DNA of 60,119 nucleotides, the filler included, from Sphacelaria rigidula (lineage: Eukaryota), in the NCBI GenBank assembly GCA_964200075.2. It is 6 parts of 6 records of this genome, joined end to end, with 100 filler letters (N's around TTAATTAATTAA, not from the genome) between each part and the next. Parts side by side here need not be neighbours in the genome. Positions count along the whole stretch, not along the records: positions 20,075 to 30,011 come from CAXNAA020007453.1; positions 30,112 to 40,047 come from CAXNAA020007454.1; 4 more parts are not named here. One strand, given 5' to 3'. The position numbers were made by a program, and so were the translations under genes. Below the pieces are notes generated by a model. That model was not told the DNA's origin. It was given only the letters and a program-made list of their open reading frames with translations, and did no database searches. The first letter of the stretch is position 1; every line of letters begins with the position of its first letter. Shown here one piece after another: positions 26,758 through 39,400 of this stretch.

Positions 26758-29410
26758 GTGCGCGCATCATCACGTACACCTCTTTCGAGCGGAAATCCTC
26801 GACCTCAATCTTCCCAAAATGCGACGACTTTGGGTTCGGCGGCTCTATCAAGTATCACGGAAGAAACAAAATCAGATATTTCTGACGGCACTACTTTTGC
26901 AATCGATGACTCCAGCCCCGCACAAATTGAATCCTCCTTGGACGGTGATCCCTGTCAACCAAAGACGATCATTTACGAAGTACTAATGATCACTCTGGTC
27001 GTACAACACCCGGAAATAATACACCGTTCACCTCCTTTTCTGGTGAAAAATCTGACCCACCGGCGGATCACCCGCCGTCCGTTTTTGCTGTCAGCCTACC
27101 GAAAGAATTCTCAAGCAGTCGGAGCTGCTTACCATCTACGATACAACGGTATCGTTGGTATTACCCTCTCCGACGATCCTCAACGTTTAGAAGTTGCACC
27201 GGTTCGCCGAAATGGCATGCCAGCACGTACGGGTCACTATCTTGCCGAAATGTTACCCTATATTGGCGCACCAGCCGACACAGAATATTTTGTCTGGGCG
27301 GGACAACAACTCCTCCTTCTTACGGATCATGCTAACGTGGAACACGACGATATTCTAGGAATCGCCACTGCTCCCCTGATGTACATCCCACTCGAGACGT
27401 GCGTAACAGAGTCTGCCGCAGCAAAAGCAACATCCCCGACGGAGTCAGTCCACTGTGTCGATGAACCTTATTTCGACCTCGCCTCTGCGACTCCACCCCA
27501 GGTCCACGCCGTAGATCCTGCCCAATCAAATTCCGATTCTCCTGCTGGAGTGCCTCAACGCTTATCACCAAATTCTCGGAATAGTTTCTTGCAGATGTGG
27601 CACCAACTGCCGCCACAAATGCGCGACATCAATTTTGAAATTCATGGGCCCGGCTGGGAAACGGCAGTCATCCGAGAACTCAGTGATGTCCTGCTACAGT
27701 ACCAAGACCGATTCTCCCGATCCAAGACGGATCTTGGGCATTGCAAAACGCTGCCCTTTGAGGTAATCCTCCAACCCGGCATCTCGCCGATCTCTTCTCG
27801 ACCATACCGGACAAACCCAATCCTTACCAAGAAGGTTACCGCCGTCTTGGATGCATATTTCGGAGCGGGATTCATACAACATTCCTCCTCTCCTTGAGCC
27901 TCGCCACTTGTGGTCGTCCCTCAAAAGGATGGAAACATACGCATAACCGTGAATTACCAGCAGTTGAACCGCGTCACTGTGGTCGCCACACTTCCAGTTC
28001 CCCGCATTGATGAGGTCCTCGACTCCTTAGGCGAAGGAAAAATATTCAGCACCTTCGCCCTCGCTTCTGTTTTTTTTTCAGAATGCTGTTCACCCTGACA
28101 CAGTCCCACTAACGGCGTTTTGTACCTCGTGCGGACTTTACGAGTGGCTTCGAATTCCACAAGGCGCTCCCACTGCCCCGAGATGCTTTCAGCGCTTAAT
28201 GCAACGCGTCACCGAGGACCTCGAGCACATCATCATGTACCTAGATGACGCCATATCGCTTTCGATGCCTCACCTATTGCACATACCCGCACTCTACGGG
28301 AATTTCTCTCTCACCTACGCACACACGATTTGAAACTGTCTCTACCCAAAGCTCGCCTTGGTGCGATTGACTTGGATTTCCTGGGACATTCCATTTCGCC
28401 AACAGGACTACATCCGGATGCAAACAAAGTCATGGCGACGACTGACTTGCCGATGCCAACTAACGTTTCTCAACTTCACTCACACACGCGACCATTTGGC
28501 TACCTCCAAATTTCCTCCAGGTGGGTAACCGTTTCGAGCCTCCAGAGGAATTAAACGCCTCCGGAGGGGTGCGCGGCCCTCCAGAGGAAATTTTTTGGTT
28601 TCCTCCAGAGAGATTGAACGCCTCCGGAGGCTTATTCTTGGCTCTGGAGGGCCGCGGATACCCCCAAATCCCTCCGGGTCGGTAGAGTTTGCTTTCCTCC
28701 AGAGGGATTGAAGGCCTCCGGAGGCTTGTTTTCCCCCTGGAGGGCCGCGCATCCCTCCGGAGGCATTTTGGGGGTTAGCCAAATGGCCGCGTGTGCATTG
28801 TTGGGCGGACTTCCTACTACCGGAAACTTTTGCCGAACCTAACTAAACGGATTCACCCCCTTACTGATTTACTCAAGAAAGGAGCGGTGTTCACCTTCAC
28901 AACCGAAATGAAGAATATCACCCGCGACTTACTAACAGCGCTTACCGAAAAGCCGGTACTCTGCTTTCCTAATTGGGAGGCAGTACAAAATGGCTCTCGC
29001 CTTTTGCAACTCACACTGACGCCAGCACAAACGGATTTGGAGGAGTTTTGAATTAACCTGAGGTTGATGGCTCCGTACGACCCATCCTCTATATCAGCCG
29101 CGCCACCCTGCCCAATGAGGCCAATTGGAGCCCGCTAGAACTGAAAGGCGGAGTCATCACCTGGGCCATCAAGCGCCTGTGATAAAATCTGTTTCACGTG
29201 CGCTTCGAGATTTATACGGATCATGGAGCACTCGAACAAATCGCCAAGGTTGGCGAACACAACCCGCGTGTACAACGATGGTTGGAGTTTCTAACAGCAT
29301 ACCAGTATACCATTAAGAACCGTTCAGGCAAAACAACGGGAACGCTGATCTTCTTTCTCGACTACCCCTGCCGCCTACGGTCGCAGGTTCCAGCCCGGCT
29401 TGCTGTTTGA
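26758..29410 (+). pseudogene. pol: Disrupted pol (reverse transcriptase and RNase H)
   Basis: PISSRPYR, SSP*ASPLVVVPQKDGNIRITVNYQQLN, PRIDEVLDSL, PQG, YLDD (28238-28249), FLGH; RNase H motifs PILYISR, LELKG, IYTDH, RVQRW. Confidence 0.92.
28483..28795. mobile_element. MITE nested in RT with CACACGCG...CGCGTGTG TIRs and a 2-bp CA TSD (CACTA/Mirage/Chapaev-like)
   Basis: TIR CACACGCGACCATTTGGCTA / TAGCCAAATGGCCGCGTGTG. Removing the element plus one CA restores RT codons CAC TCA TTG TTG GGC GGA. Internal CCTCC(A/G)GAGG repeats. Confidence 0.85.
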
Positions 29411-29948
29411 CAGAACCCGATGAACCTGGAATTTACCCGATTAGACGTTTTTCAACGCCCATTTACGCCCTCGATTTCCAGGGCCCAGAAACCGGTATGC
29501 ATATGCGGGAGGGCCCCACCCTCCACCATATGGCACCGTCTTATTGGGTGGGTTAGCGCCCACCTCCGATTTTGTCGATTTTCGCACTTCCGGTACTCGC
29601 GCGAAGTTATTCACAGAGACGCCTTTGGTCACCCACCCAATCTCCGACAACACGCGCTCTTGGTCTGCCGCCCGCACCACCTCCCCGAGTGTCCCGCTGC
29701 TACCGATAACACCTACCTGCAAATTCCACGAGCCACGCAGGACCGGTCCCACGGACCAGCACGCAACGCTCCGCGAACACTCCTGCAACGTGCACCACGC
29801 GCCGCGGATAATCTTCGTCGCGCACTGATACAGCCCCACCGCCTATAATGGCGCCACCAACATCTACCGCTTTAGAGCATGGAGCTGACGACTCAGCTCC
29901 TGCTCCCGGGGCAGACGTTGACGTCGACATTTCTGTCCCGTCGCGAGT

Positions 29949-30011
29949 CATCCTACGACAGGGAGGGGGGTATTTTGGGCCATTTGTTGCTTGAAATTTC
30001 GAGTCAGATCG
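29949..30011. repeat. End of a repeat at which two scaffolds break (also 39978-40047; diverged copy ~7005-7090)
   Basis: CATCCTACGA.AGGG.GGGGGTATTTTG.G.CATTTGTTGCT.GAAATTTCGAGTCAGATCG is shared by both scaffold ends. Confidence 0.75.
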
Positions 30012-30123
30012 NNNNNNNNNNNNNNNNNNNNNNNNNNNNNNNNNNNNNNNNNNNNTTAATTAATTAANNNNNNNNNNNNNNNNNNNNNNNNNNNNNNNNN
30101 NNNNNNNNNNNATCAACCGCCAA

Positions 30124-30758
30124 CCTCGAAGGTCTTGTGACTTTCAAGCAACGCTAGCGGCAGTACGGCAGGCAAACCGGATCATAGCTATCTTTCGTCG
30201 CTCTGCTGGACTGACCGGCGTATTTCGCGATCTCTGTAAAAACGAAACAGTTCGCTTTTCTCCACTACACGGCCATGATTAAAATGCCCCCAGCGGTCTG
30301 AGGAACTGCGTCTTCCCTGTCCTCCCGCCAGGGAAACAAGGAAGCCGGCACAGATTTTCCAATCGCAGGTACCACTCGCGGGGAAACATATATATTCTCC
30401 TGTATGAAATTCCGCGTTTTCAAAGTTGCAAACCGTTTGATGCCCGCTGATTTCTAGCACGAACGTTAAACCGTCAATTTCTGTTCCGGTCTGTATTTTT
30501 TGCGGTATTCGCATCTCAGGAAAGTTTTTTTTTTTTCAATATCTTCGAACGTGTGGACGGACCCAAAGCGGCCACTTCCCCTCAGACCACAAGAGCCTTT
30601 TTGATCATGGTTGTGTAGTTGAAAAAAGCGAATTGTTTCGTTTTACAGAGATCGAGGAATACGCCGGTCAGTCCAGCAGAGCGACGAAAGGTAGCTATGA
30701 TCGGGTTTGCCTGCCGCACTGCCGCCAGCGTTGCTTCAAAGCCACGAGGCCTCTGAGG
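30124..30758. repeat. Two ~180-bp inverted copies (30124-30303 and 30580-30758), each bounded by CCTC...CTGAGG
   Basis: GGCAGGCAAACCGGATCATAGCTATCTTTCGTCGCTCTGCTGGACTGACCGGCGTA versus its near reverse complement at ~30660-30715. Confidence 0.75.
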
Positions 30759-30934
30759 AATAAGGGAACGCGTCACCCGCGTGTATTTTCGAGGAAGGGG
30801 AAATGTGCCCCACTTGTTCAGCATTTTTAGTGTCATTTTTCAATGTGCTGTTTCCATGATACATGATTATTTATCTCAACTGGCCTTGACTCGCCTACTG
30901 CTTATCCCGACGATACACCCGCAGCATAAAATAT

Positions 30935-33129
30935 TAGGGTTGTGAATCGGCTACGTTTCCGATCTTTTAAAGATCAGATATCGGCGCAGCCGATATACCG
31001 ATTGAATCGCGATTTATTTTTTCAATCGGACGAGCGAAGCGAGGCCTGCTCGCACAGGCGAGCCCCCCTCGGCCCCCCTCGGCCCCCCTCGGCTGGTGGG
31101 GGTGGCTCGCTGGAGGCGCCGCCGGACGCAGAAAGTTTGGGCCATTTACCTCAATTTGCCTTCAAAATTCAGGCGAAATCGAGGGTTGCTGGAACCGGAA
31201 TGAACTTCACCACATGCAGAAAACATGGGGGCAAAAACAGAAAAAGAAACGTGAAAAATATACGTGTAGGCGCGTGCTGCTACCTGTGCACCTAGGAACA
31301 GCCGAACTAGCAACCAAAAGTAGTAGAGCTGAGCGGCTAGCAGGCAATAAAACGAAACAACAACGTGCAACGGCGGCACCACATTCCGCGCGTGTGCACG
31401 CGTCGTAAGAATAAAGCAGACAGGTAGCAGATGGACTTAGGATAGCAGGGTGCTACTGTTACTAATGTTACGTCCACGTCTTCGCTTCGCGCCTTACACC
31501 GATTGTTCAGTGCCCAAAACAAAGCCTGTTGTACGTGAGCAAGTCCCAATGCTGCCGCTTTCTAGGCTTTCCTCTTCTTCCCCTTCTCATTCCACTTGTC
31601 TCCCTCGGGCAGGACAGTGAGAAGGAATACCATGAGCTCTACGTGTTCGGGGTCGAGCCGAGAACGTGTCGGCGTTGCGATTTGGCCCGCTGCCGAAAAC
31701 ACACGTTCCGACTGCGCTTGGGAAGCGGGAATGCACAACACCCGGCGAGCCAGTACGGCCAGCATGGGCTTTCCCGCGCCTTAACACGCCACCACTGTAG
31801 TGGGTCCCCGAGAACCAGCTTGCCGTCCTTGTCATAGCTCGACATGCCTACCCGACCAATGCTACGACGGGGGTTGCACTTTTTGTTCCTGGGCCTCGTT
31901 TTTGTAGGAGCCCAAATATATGGGGCTTACTGTGCAACCCAAATCTCCGGGGACAGGGCATGGAGATGCACACAGGGGCCTTTTCGTGAATCGGCGTCAT
32001 TTCCACTATTTTCCAAGTGAAAATGATGCCGATTCTCCAAATGATGCGTGCAACACCCCTAGAAACATTTTTGCTCAAAAAGTGCAACCCTACCGTAGCG
32101 TCACTCACCCCAGGTGTTGTCTTGAAAGCCTCCAACTCTCGGTGGACGATGGTCTCCAATTGGCGTGTTGAATTCGAGGGTCCGGCCACGGCATCGCTCA
32201 CTTGCGCGTGGGCTGCAGCTGCTGCTGCGAAACCACGGCGACGCGGACGGGGAGCGGAGGCAACGGCAACCGGAGAGCCGGATTCACCACCGCCATCGGT
32301 TGGAGCGCTCTCCCCGGTTTTGTTTGCCAGTCCAAACTCGACAGCCGCATCGACCACCGCATCCCACACCTCCGGATGCTCCACTTCATCGATGCCGTAC
32401 AGGCTCTTGCTCCGGGGGTCCATCGCGGTGGACAGCACTTACAGTTTCTTGAACGCCTTGGGTTGCCCACGAGGACCCTCACTCTCGGCGAGCACGCCAT
32501 TGCTGTCGCCCCAACGATGGTCGAAATCGGCTTTGAGCGCTTCAGCGCAAAGCACGACATCGGCCTTTGCGCTGGCCTTGGCCGTGCCTGCAGCAGCACT
32601 GGAGGTGGTCTTCAGCTTGATGATCTCCGCGTCGAGATCGTCGCGCAGGTCGGCGAAGTACCCGATCACCAAGCTTCACGTCACGGCCTTGGAGGCCTCC
32701 AGGTGTTTCTGCACCTCCATGAACGGCTTCAGCCGCGGCTCCACCAACACAAGCACCTCCCAGTCCTTTTCCTGCAGCATAAGGGAAATGCGGTCGATCC
32801 TCTCGTGTTCGGCGATGGGACGACGAAGGTAGAGAAGTCGGACGACGAACGCGTGCGTAGACCAAAGCCTTGTGACGACATCTTGAATAGGCTTCAAGCT
32901 AGTGATTTCTCAGATGTCGCACATCTGCTTCAAGCGATCAGGGGCCTGGCTAGATATCGTGTAGCGAGCCACCAAGCCGCGCGCAAGAGCCAACGCCTCC
33001 GATACGCCCGATCCCTTGAATGCTTCGGATGTGGCTGACTCGAGGCGGTGGCAGGCGCAACCGATGTGCGTTAGGCCGTCATCCTCCGCGAGAATACGGC
33101 CCGTCTTGACCACGGACGGCTCAACCCTA
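30935..33129 (-). mobile_element. 5'-truncated hAT DNA transposon
   Basis: Terminal TAGGGTTG at 30935 with subterminal ATCGG/CCGAT motifs, and a transposase remnant inside. Confidence 0.7.
31562..33122 (-). pseudogene. hAT transposase remnant (one intron, ~31848-32108)
   Basis: CACHRL (CxxH), DVVTRLWST, MDPR, DPLQWW and the dimerisation domain LARRVLCIPASQAQSERVFSAAG...RSRLDP. Three in-frame stops and a frameshift. Confidence 0.92.
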
Positions 33130-33149
33130 ACCCTAACCCTAACCCTAAC
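33123..33149. repeat. Interstitial telomeric repeat (CCCTAA)4
   Basis: AACCCTAACCCTAACCCTAACCCTAAC directly abutting transposase codons. Confidence 0.9.
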
Positions 33150-33419
33150 TCCCTCCGCTCTCTGACCCTGTCGGGCTTGTTGTGGGTTGCTGTTGGCCCG
33201 TGAACGCTTCTTGGCTCATGATCAAGCAGTAGGCACGCGGCGTGGTGTGCGCACCGACTGCGGTGCTGAAGGGTCACAAAAAAATTCATAATTAGAAAAA
33301 AAAAAACACCCCCCCTGTATGAATATTGTGTTTTTCGTTCCCATGGTCATGTGTGTTCTGTGTTCGTCCCCAGGGTCATGTGAGTTCTGTGTGTCTTCCC
33401 ACATATGAAAACTCTGTGC

Positions 33420-36400
33420 ATACGGCCTCCTGTACAAAGGACTAATGCCGAGATAGCCTCCCCACGAACCGGCGAAAAAACTGCACGAAGGACATGATCA
33501 AAAGTGCTGTTCGAGCCGGTTTCGTGCAGCACGAACCGACTCATGTGGGTATTATATCTGTTTTCGGACTACTATACGGCTCTCATGTGGGCGAAGTTGC
33601 TGCAAACGATCCCAATAGTGTATTCGCAGCCTTGCTCCATTCTACCGCCTCTGGCAGTTCTGGTGAGATGTCCAAAACGTCTGCCATCCGGAAACCAGCA
33701 TGATATAGTGATACTAGCCCGCAAGACAGTAAATTCGAGCCACTACACGGCCCCCGATACATGTGCCTGAAGCCGATGCGAGCTGCGGTGAATTTGTCGC
33801 AACCGAGTAAGAGCGTTCATGCCGGTTACATGGGATTGCGTGGGCTACGTATTTAAGATTTTGATTGAGAGGCAACATCACAGCCTGAAAGCGCCATGTC
33901 CACGTCACGCAATCATGTCTTAGCTAACCCTTGTCAAATGGCCAAAATTGTACAGTACATATGTGCATCCTGCAAAACAAAACCCCGAGGCGTGCTGGGA
34001 CGTCTCGTGAAACGAAGCAGCCTTGCTTCGTATCTTCTGCCGTGCTACTCGATTGCAATATATAGTGGAGGAAACTTCCTACTCGGCGGGTGCCGTGGTG
34101 TAAAACGCCGACCGGTTCCTGCGGGAGAATGTACCCCATGTGTCCGCCCCCCCCATATGTGCTCCGTCTCGAAAGGGACGCGTCGTCAATGGTCAAATGA
34201 CTAAGGCAAGCAACAAATGAGTACGCCCCCCCCCCCCCATAGAATCGGCCTGGAGATGCCGACACGCGACATCTGCGGCAACAACGCCTACTCAGCACTG
34301 GCCGGCCCAGCTCCCTCCCCGAGTCGTACGTCTACTCTCTAAACCTTCCCTCTTGTTGCGTCACATAACGGCATCCGCGTCGGTAGTTGGAAACTTTGAT
34401 CTTTCATCCCTAACTAGTTGGAGTAGGGATCCATCCCCGTCCCCGGGGGAAAACATGTCTTGATACGTTGTCCTCGAAATCGGATGACGACAGCCTACTT
34501 GCACCCACCCTCTTCTGGGGCATGGTCCAGTAAGGGGCGAAGGTGTATGCAGTAGAAAACTCGTATTCATCCGGCCGAATGCGGTCACCGACGTTCAAGT
34601 TGCGAACAAGCGGACGTTCGTGGCGTCTTGTGCAATCGTCACGTTCCGCTACGTCGCGCATGTCAGAGGACACTGCGTTCCACACATCCACCTCCTTCTC
34701 GGGAATCAATCCCTGCGAGATCTTGGTGCGGGTATCATCTATGACCTGTCGTATCTTCTCGATAACACTGCGATCCAAGCGTTGCGTTGTGGACGAAGAA
34801 CACCGGGGTCATGAAGTGTTTGGTGTCGGACCGCGTAATGAGTTGATCCACGCAGAAAAAGAGAAGGTTAAGGATATTAATTGAGGGAAACTTGATGGCG
34901 CCGAGTCGGTTTCAGAAACCGCATGCGTTACCTCTCTCGAAGGTTTCTAGCAGGACGGGCACCGCTGTATGTCACTACGTGATTCGTCTGCACATGCATT
35001 TGGGGTATAGTTTCGACGTTCGTCCATGAATTACATTCCCATGAATGTGCGCACTGTAATATACCCTCACCCGTTAGGAGGGTGCACGGGACTTTCACCA
35101 ACCAAAGCGCCGCCAGAGTCTAGTGCAACAGGAATTCCTGTCCTGCCATCTTTGGCGACGTTGATGGCTCTCTCGGCTTCCGATTTCGGTGACAGACCTG
35201 ATTCATCGGAACGGCTCTCCTCCTCCATCGGACGAAAACACAACACAAGTCTTGGGTGTTCCGTATATAGCAACCAGAGCGCCGTCCTCCTCAGGATCAC
35301 CATCGCAGTCCTTCTTGTCACGGTTACCGTCACCGCCGCGAGCCCTTTCGGGGAGCCCACCTCCACCAGTTGCTTCTTGTCTTCTGCGTCGAGTTCCCCC
35401 ACATCCCGCACCGCCGGTATTGTTGCGCTTGTTGTCGATATTCCCACGATCGGCACAATCATCTTCGACAGCGTTTTCGTCCGAGAACTCACGATTCCGT
35501 GATTGTGGAGGAGGCGCGTACGAAGACTTATTTTCCCGAGATACGGGGGACTTTCGGCGTGTGCCCTCCTTCCTCCGCTTAGGGTCACTTGAGCGTACCC
35601 CTTTGCCGCTTCTCTTGCCGCCGGTATGTCCGCTCACCAATCGACCGCTGCCGGAACGCACATGGCTGGTGTATACCCCTCCCCCCTTCCCCTGTTCTCC
35701 TGCCGTATCTGGTCGGGTCGTCCATGCATCAACGGCATTGCCGCCCTCGCCGTTGTCCATGGCACGGTTGTTGTGATACTTCACCGGCTTGCTCCCGCCG
35801 CCTGGGTCCATATTGGGGGGGGGAAGCGCCTTATTTTTCCCTTTTCCCTTCTACATCGAGTTGGAGGAGGTGGACGGGTTCCTGCCGGCGTGACAGACGA
35901 CATGGGGGCGGCGGTGACTTTGGGCGTATTCGTTGTGGGTGGTGCAGCGGTTAGGAAGCTCTCGAGGTGCATGTTTCACTGTCGCCTGCGTCATATACAG
36001 CTGCTGTGCATACCACATCACGCCCCGAACATTAGTTGCAATAGGGTTAGGGTTAGCCATCAGCGCTCATATATTCGCGTGAATATCCCATTCCATAAAT
36101 AGAGACACGCTTTTTCGATCGACACCCCCCCCCCCCCCCCCCCCCAGTCCAGATGCATACAGTCACNNNNNNNNNNGCTCTTACTATTGCGAGTAAATCC
36201 CCCATTCCAAAAAAAGAACGCCGCCTTTTTCCTCCCCCCCCCCCCCCCCCCCCCTCCCCAAGTCCAGATGCATACAGTCACGTTTGACGTGCGCATGTCG
36301 AGCGTCCGTGTGCAGGGGGGATTGGGGGGTGGTAGGGTCAGTGGGGGGTGGTAGGGCCAGTGGTGCTGCAAATCGAACTCACCGCTGGGTGTTACTTGTC

Positions 36401-39400
36401 TTCGTGTTGACGTATATCATACCGTCGGACCCGCCCATGACCTGCTCTAGGGCCTCGTATACGTAGTGGGGCACTTGTATCATCGGCGCGTTGTCATCGT
36501 CGTCGCTCTAGACTGCAACCGAGCGCGTATCGATGTTAATATCTGTGCAACATTATCGGGAATACCGTAAGTGGGTGAGTGTTCTCCTCGATGAAATATC
36601 GAGCGATCGCGTGCGGGTCACATTATGGCATATAATGAACGATCGCCTCCCAATAACGGGCGAGCATTTCCGTTCTCGACATTCTGCGATCGCTCTGTGC
36701 GTGGGTGTGAGCATGACATCTTATGTCCAACAGTTCATTATGCTAGCCCGTGGGTATTGAGCACACGCTTTCCCAGATTCAGAAACCGGCGGTTGTTCGA
36801 CATTTATTCAGGATAAATGCTGTGTGACAGACATAGGTGTAACGAGGAAGACAATCAAACGATGCGATGTAAGGTCACCGTTGCCGGTTGGATTCTTGGA
36901 TACGAAGTGGGTACAGTTTTCGAGCATGCTCATTACTCACAGCGCGAGTATCCACACGCATGCAGCACATGCATCAGGGCCATCGCGAAGGGTTCGGTGC
37001 CTGTTTCTTCTCAGTGTGAGACCTCGACCGCTTGTGTCACGCGCCGTAAGAAATACTCGTCCGGATACGTTATCCTCCGTGGAGGGATCGTGCCAACTCA
37101 CCGGGTTGGGTGACTGCTGGTCCGCTGACAGGAGCAACATCTTCCGGCGTCGCTACTGGGTCGTTCACATTGAGAAATATGGCGCCCTTGATGTACCCCC
37201 TTTCCATATCTGACAGGAAATGTGGCCCGTTATCGGAGATCCTGCATCACTGACGAGAAGCTTCTGGAATGCGAGGACTTCTCGCCCTTGAGGTGATCGA
37301 CGACGGCTCGGAAATCGTCGCAGACCTTGACAGACTTCTCTAGCATGTGTTGCGCGTGCAACAACACCAGCAGTGAAAACATCATGAGGAGTTTACGCCG
37401 AATTGCTGCCTCCATGCCATCCACTTTTTTCTTTTGATCCTTTCCCACCGTTATTTTTATTCCTTCTGTCACCTGCTCGATAGCGTGGGGTGTGTAAGAG
37501 AAATGACAGACGTATAACCAGCCCATAAATTAGATTATTTGAGCGGTGGGTATGAGGTGGGCGTGCGTGTATCATGTTAAAAAAATTTCATTGAGGCTTC
37601 GTGCGATGAGTTCGTGTGTAAGGATGTAGTGGCGGTTATACAACTGGCATTTCTGATCCTATTAGTGTTGTAGTTAGGGTTAGATACACCAATCCCTACA
37701 TCCTTCATTCGAAGCGTTGAACAGATCGGCACAAGTACAGAGTCACCTCGCGTGTCGAGATGATAATCGTCCTCGGAGCTGGAGTGACGCAGAGATTGAA
37801 GTTCGACTAGCAGCCGGGTCGAGCACGCAGGTCGGTTCCAGAAACCAGGTCGTGTATATCGTATGCACTGACAAAACTTTGCTACAACCACGTGTGTGTG
37901 GCTGGAGTGGCGATGGTACATTTCGCCTACCGATCATATGAGTGAGGTGGTGGTGTTGTGATACACCAAACCCTGCATTCTCCATTTGAACGGCTGGACA
38001 GACAGGTGCAAATACATATTTGTGCGGCGTGCTGAGACGTTTACTGACTCCGGAGTCCGAGTAACGCATGCATCGAACTTTGGCTATGAGCCGAATCAGG
38101 CACATGATCCGGTTCCGAAAACCAGGTCGATCATGTCGTGTCTGATGTTATATTTTCGAATCCTGTTTTGTTTAGAGTGATCGATTCTGATCCTTACTCA
38201 GTGTGTACGACTATTATTGGTAATAGCTCATCAGAATTTAGAGGGGCCGTACTCCCTGTTAATCGGCCATTCATGTGGTCCTGTCGTATACTCACAAACT
38301 CGTAGATGATGATGTCGTCGAAAGTGTACGGGTGCGCCCACACAGACACACGGGGCACTTCTCCGACCCCCGTCGTGAACGAGGTCTTATTGCTGTAGAG
38401 TGGGTTTATCTTCACCAGCCTGCCCTGGGCTTTGGCCAAAGATACGGACGTGACCCCGTTCAGTACGCCCTTGAAGACTCTGTGGTACGCAGCGTCTGGC
38501 TGATCGAAGATACCCGCAGCCGCTCAATTCCCTCCTCCCGACGGGTTGGAGTCGATGTCGGCGTAGGTGCATCTGTGAATGGCATCTCGGCTTACCTTGT
38601 CAGTTTCCACGTCCTGGACGCCGTGGAAAACTCATACTGACGTTCCTTGTATCGAAGGATCGCTAATTCTAGTTCGTCCGTGGAGTTTCGCACCGCGTCA
38701 TTTCCGTCTTGCGCTATCTCAAGCCGCACCCGCAGGTCCTTGTTGATTTTCCCTAAGTAGTCCTCGCTACCAGGGTCGACGTGTTTTCCGTTACAGAAGG
38801 TGCAGATCATATCATGCACGAGATGCAAGGGCTTCAATTCTCGGCAGTAGTTCATGACCGGTTTGCTCACGCCATGATCGTCGATCAGGGAGTTCAAGCG
38901 GCCATCGCTGAAAGAGCGTTTGTCGAGACCGATTAGGAATGAGTAAGCTTGAAGATTTCCCAATGACGACCCTGGGGTATGCTGTGGGATTTGACAAGCA
39001 GGAGACGGAGGGGGCGACACAACATAATATGGGAATGTATCGTGCGTAATCGACTGTAGATGATACAGTCATTGGGACATACATCGATGAACAGACCACG
39101 ACCGCCACATCACACTAATATCTTGCATTAGTGCACTCGCCCATCACGTCGACCACAAGGGCGGGGGGTATCTCCGGTGTGGACGACAGAAAGGCCATAA
39201 AGTTATCTGCGCATTTGTGCGATCATGCGACATATCGCCCACTATTCTCCGTCTATATTTTACGGACAACACTCATCGGCTTGATCCCTTCCTCCTCCTC
39301 GTGGGCGAAGCGCTCCAAGAGAACGTCCTTCAGTGGCCCTTCACTGTCGCAAAGAGCCATGGCGAATACCAGCGTGACGAGGAGCGACAACTTGGGCGGA

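Larger units (their letters stand above)
20760..29948 (+). mobile_element. Degenerate Ty3/Gypsy LTR retrotransposon; integrase and 3' LTR not on this scaffold
   Basis: Candidate LTR, gag CCHC knuckle, then RT followed by RNase H. Multiple stops and frameshifts. Confidence 0.9.

Noticed and set aside
32017..33038. Long + strand ORFs (271 and 278 aa)
   Set aside because: Antisense shadows of the GC-rich hAT transposase.
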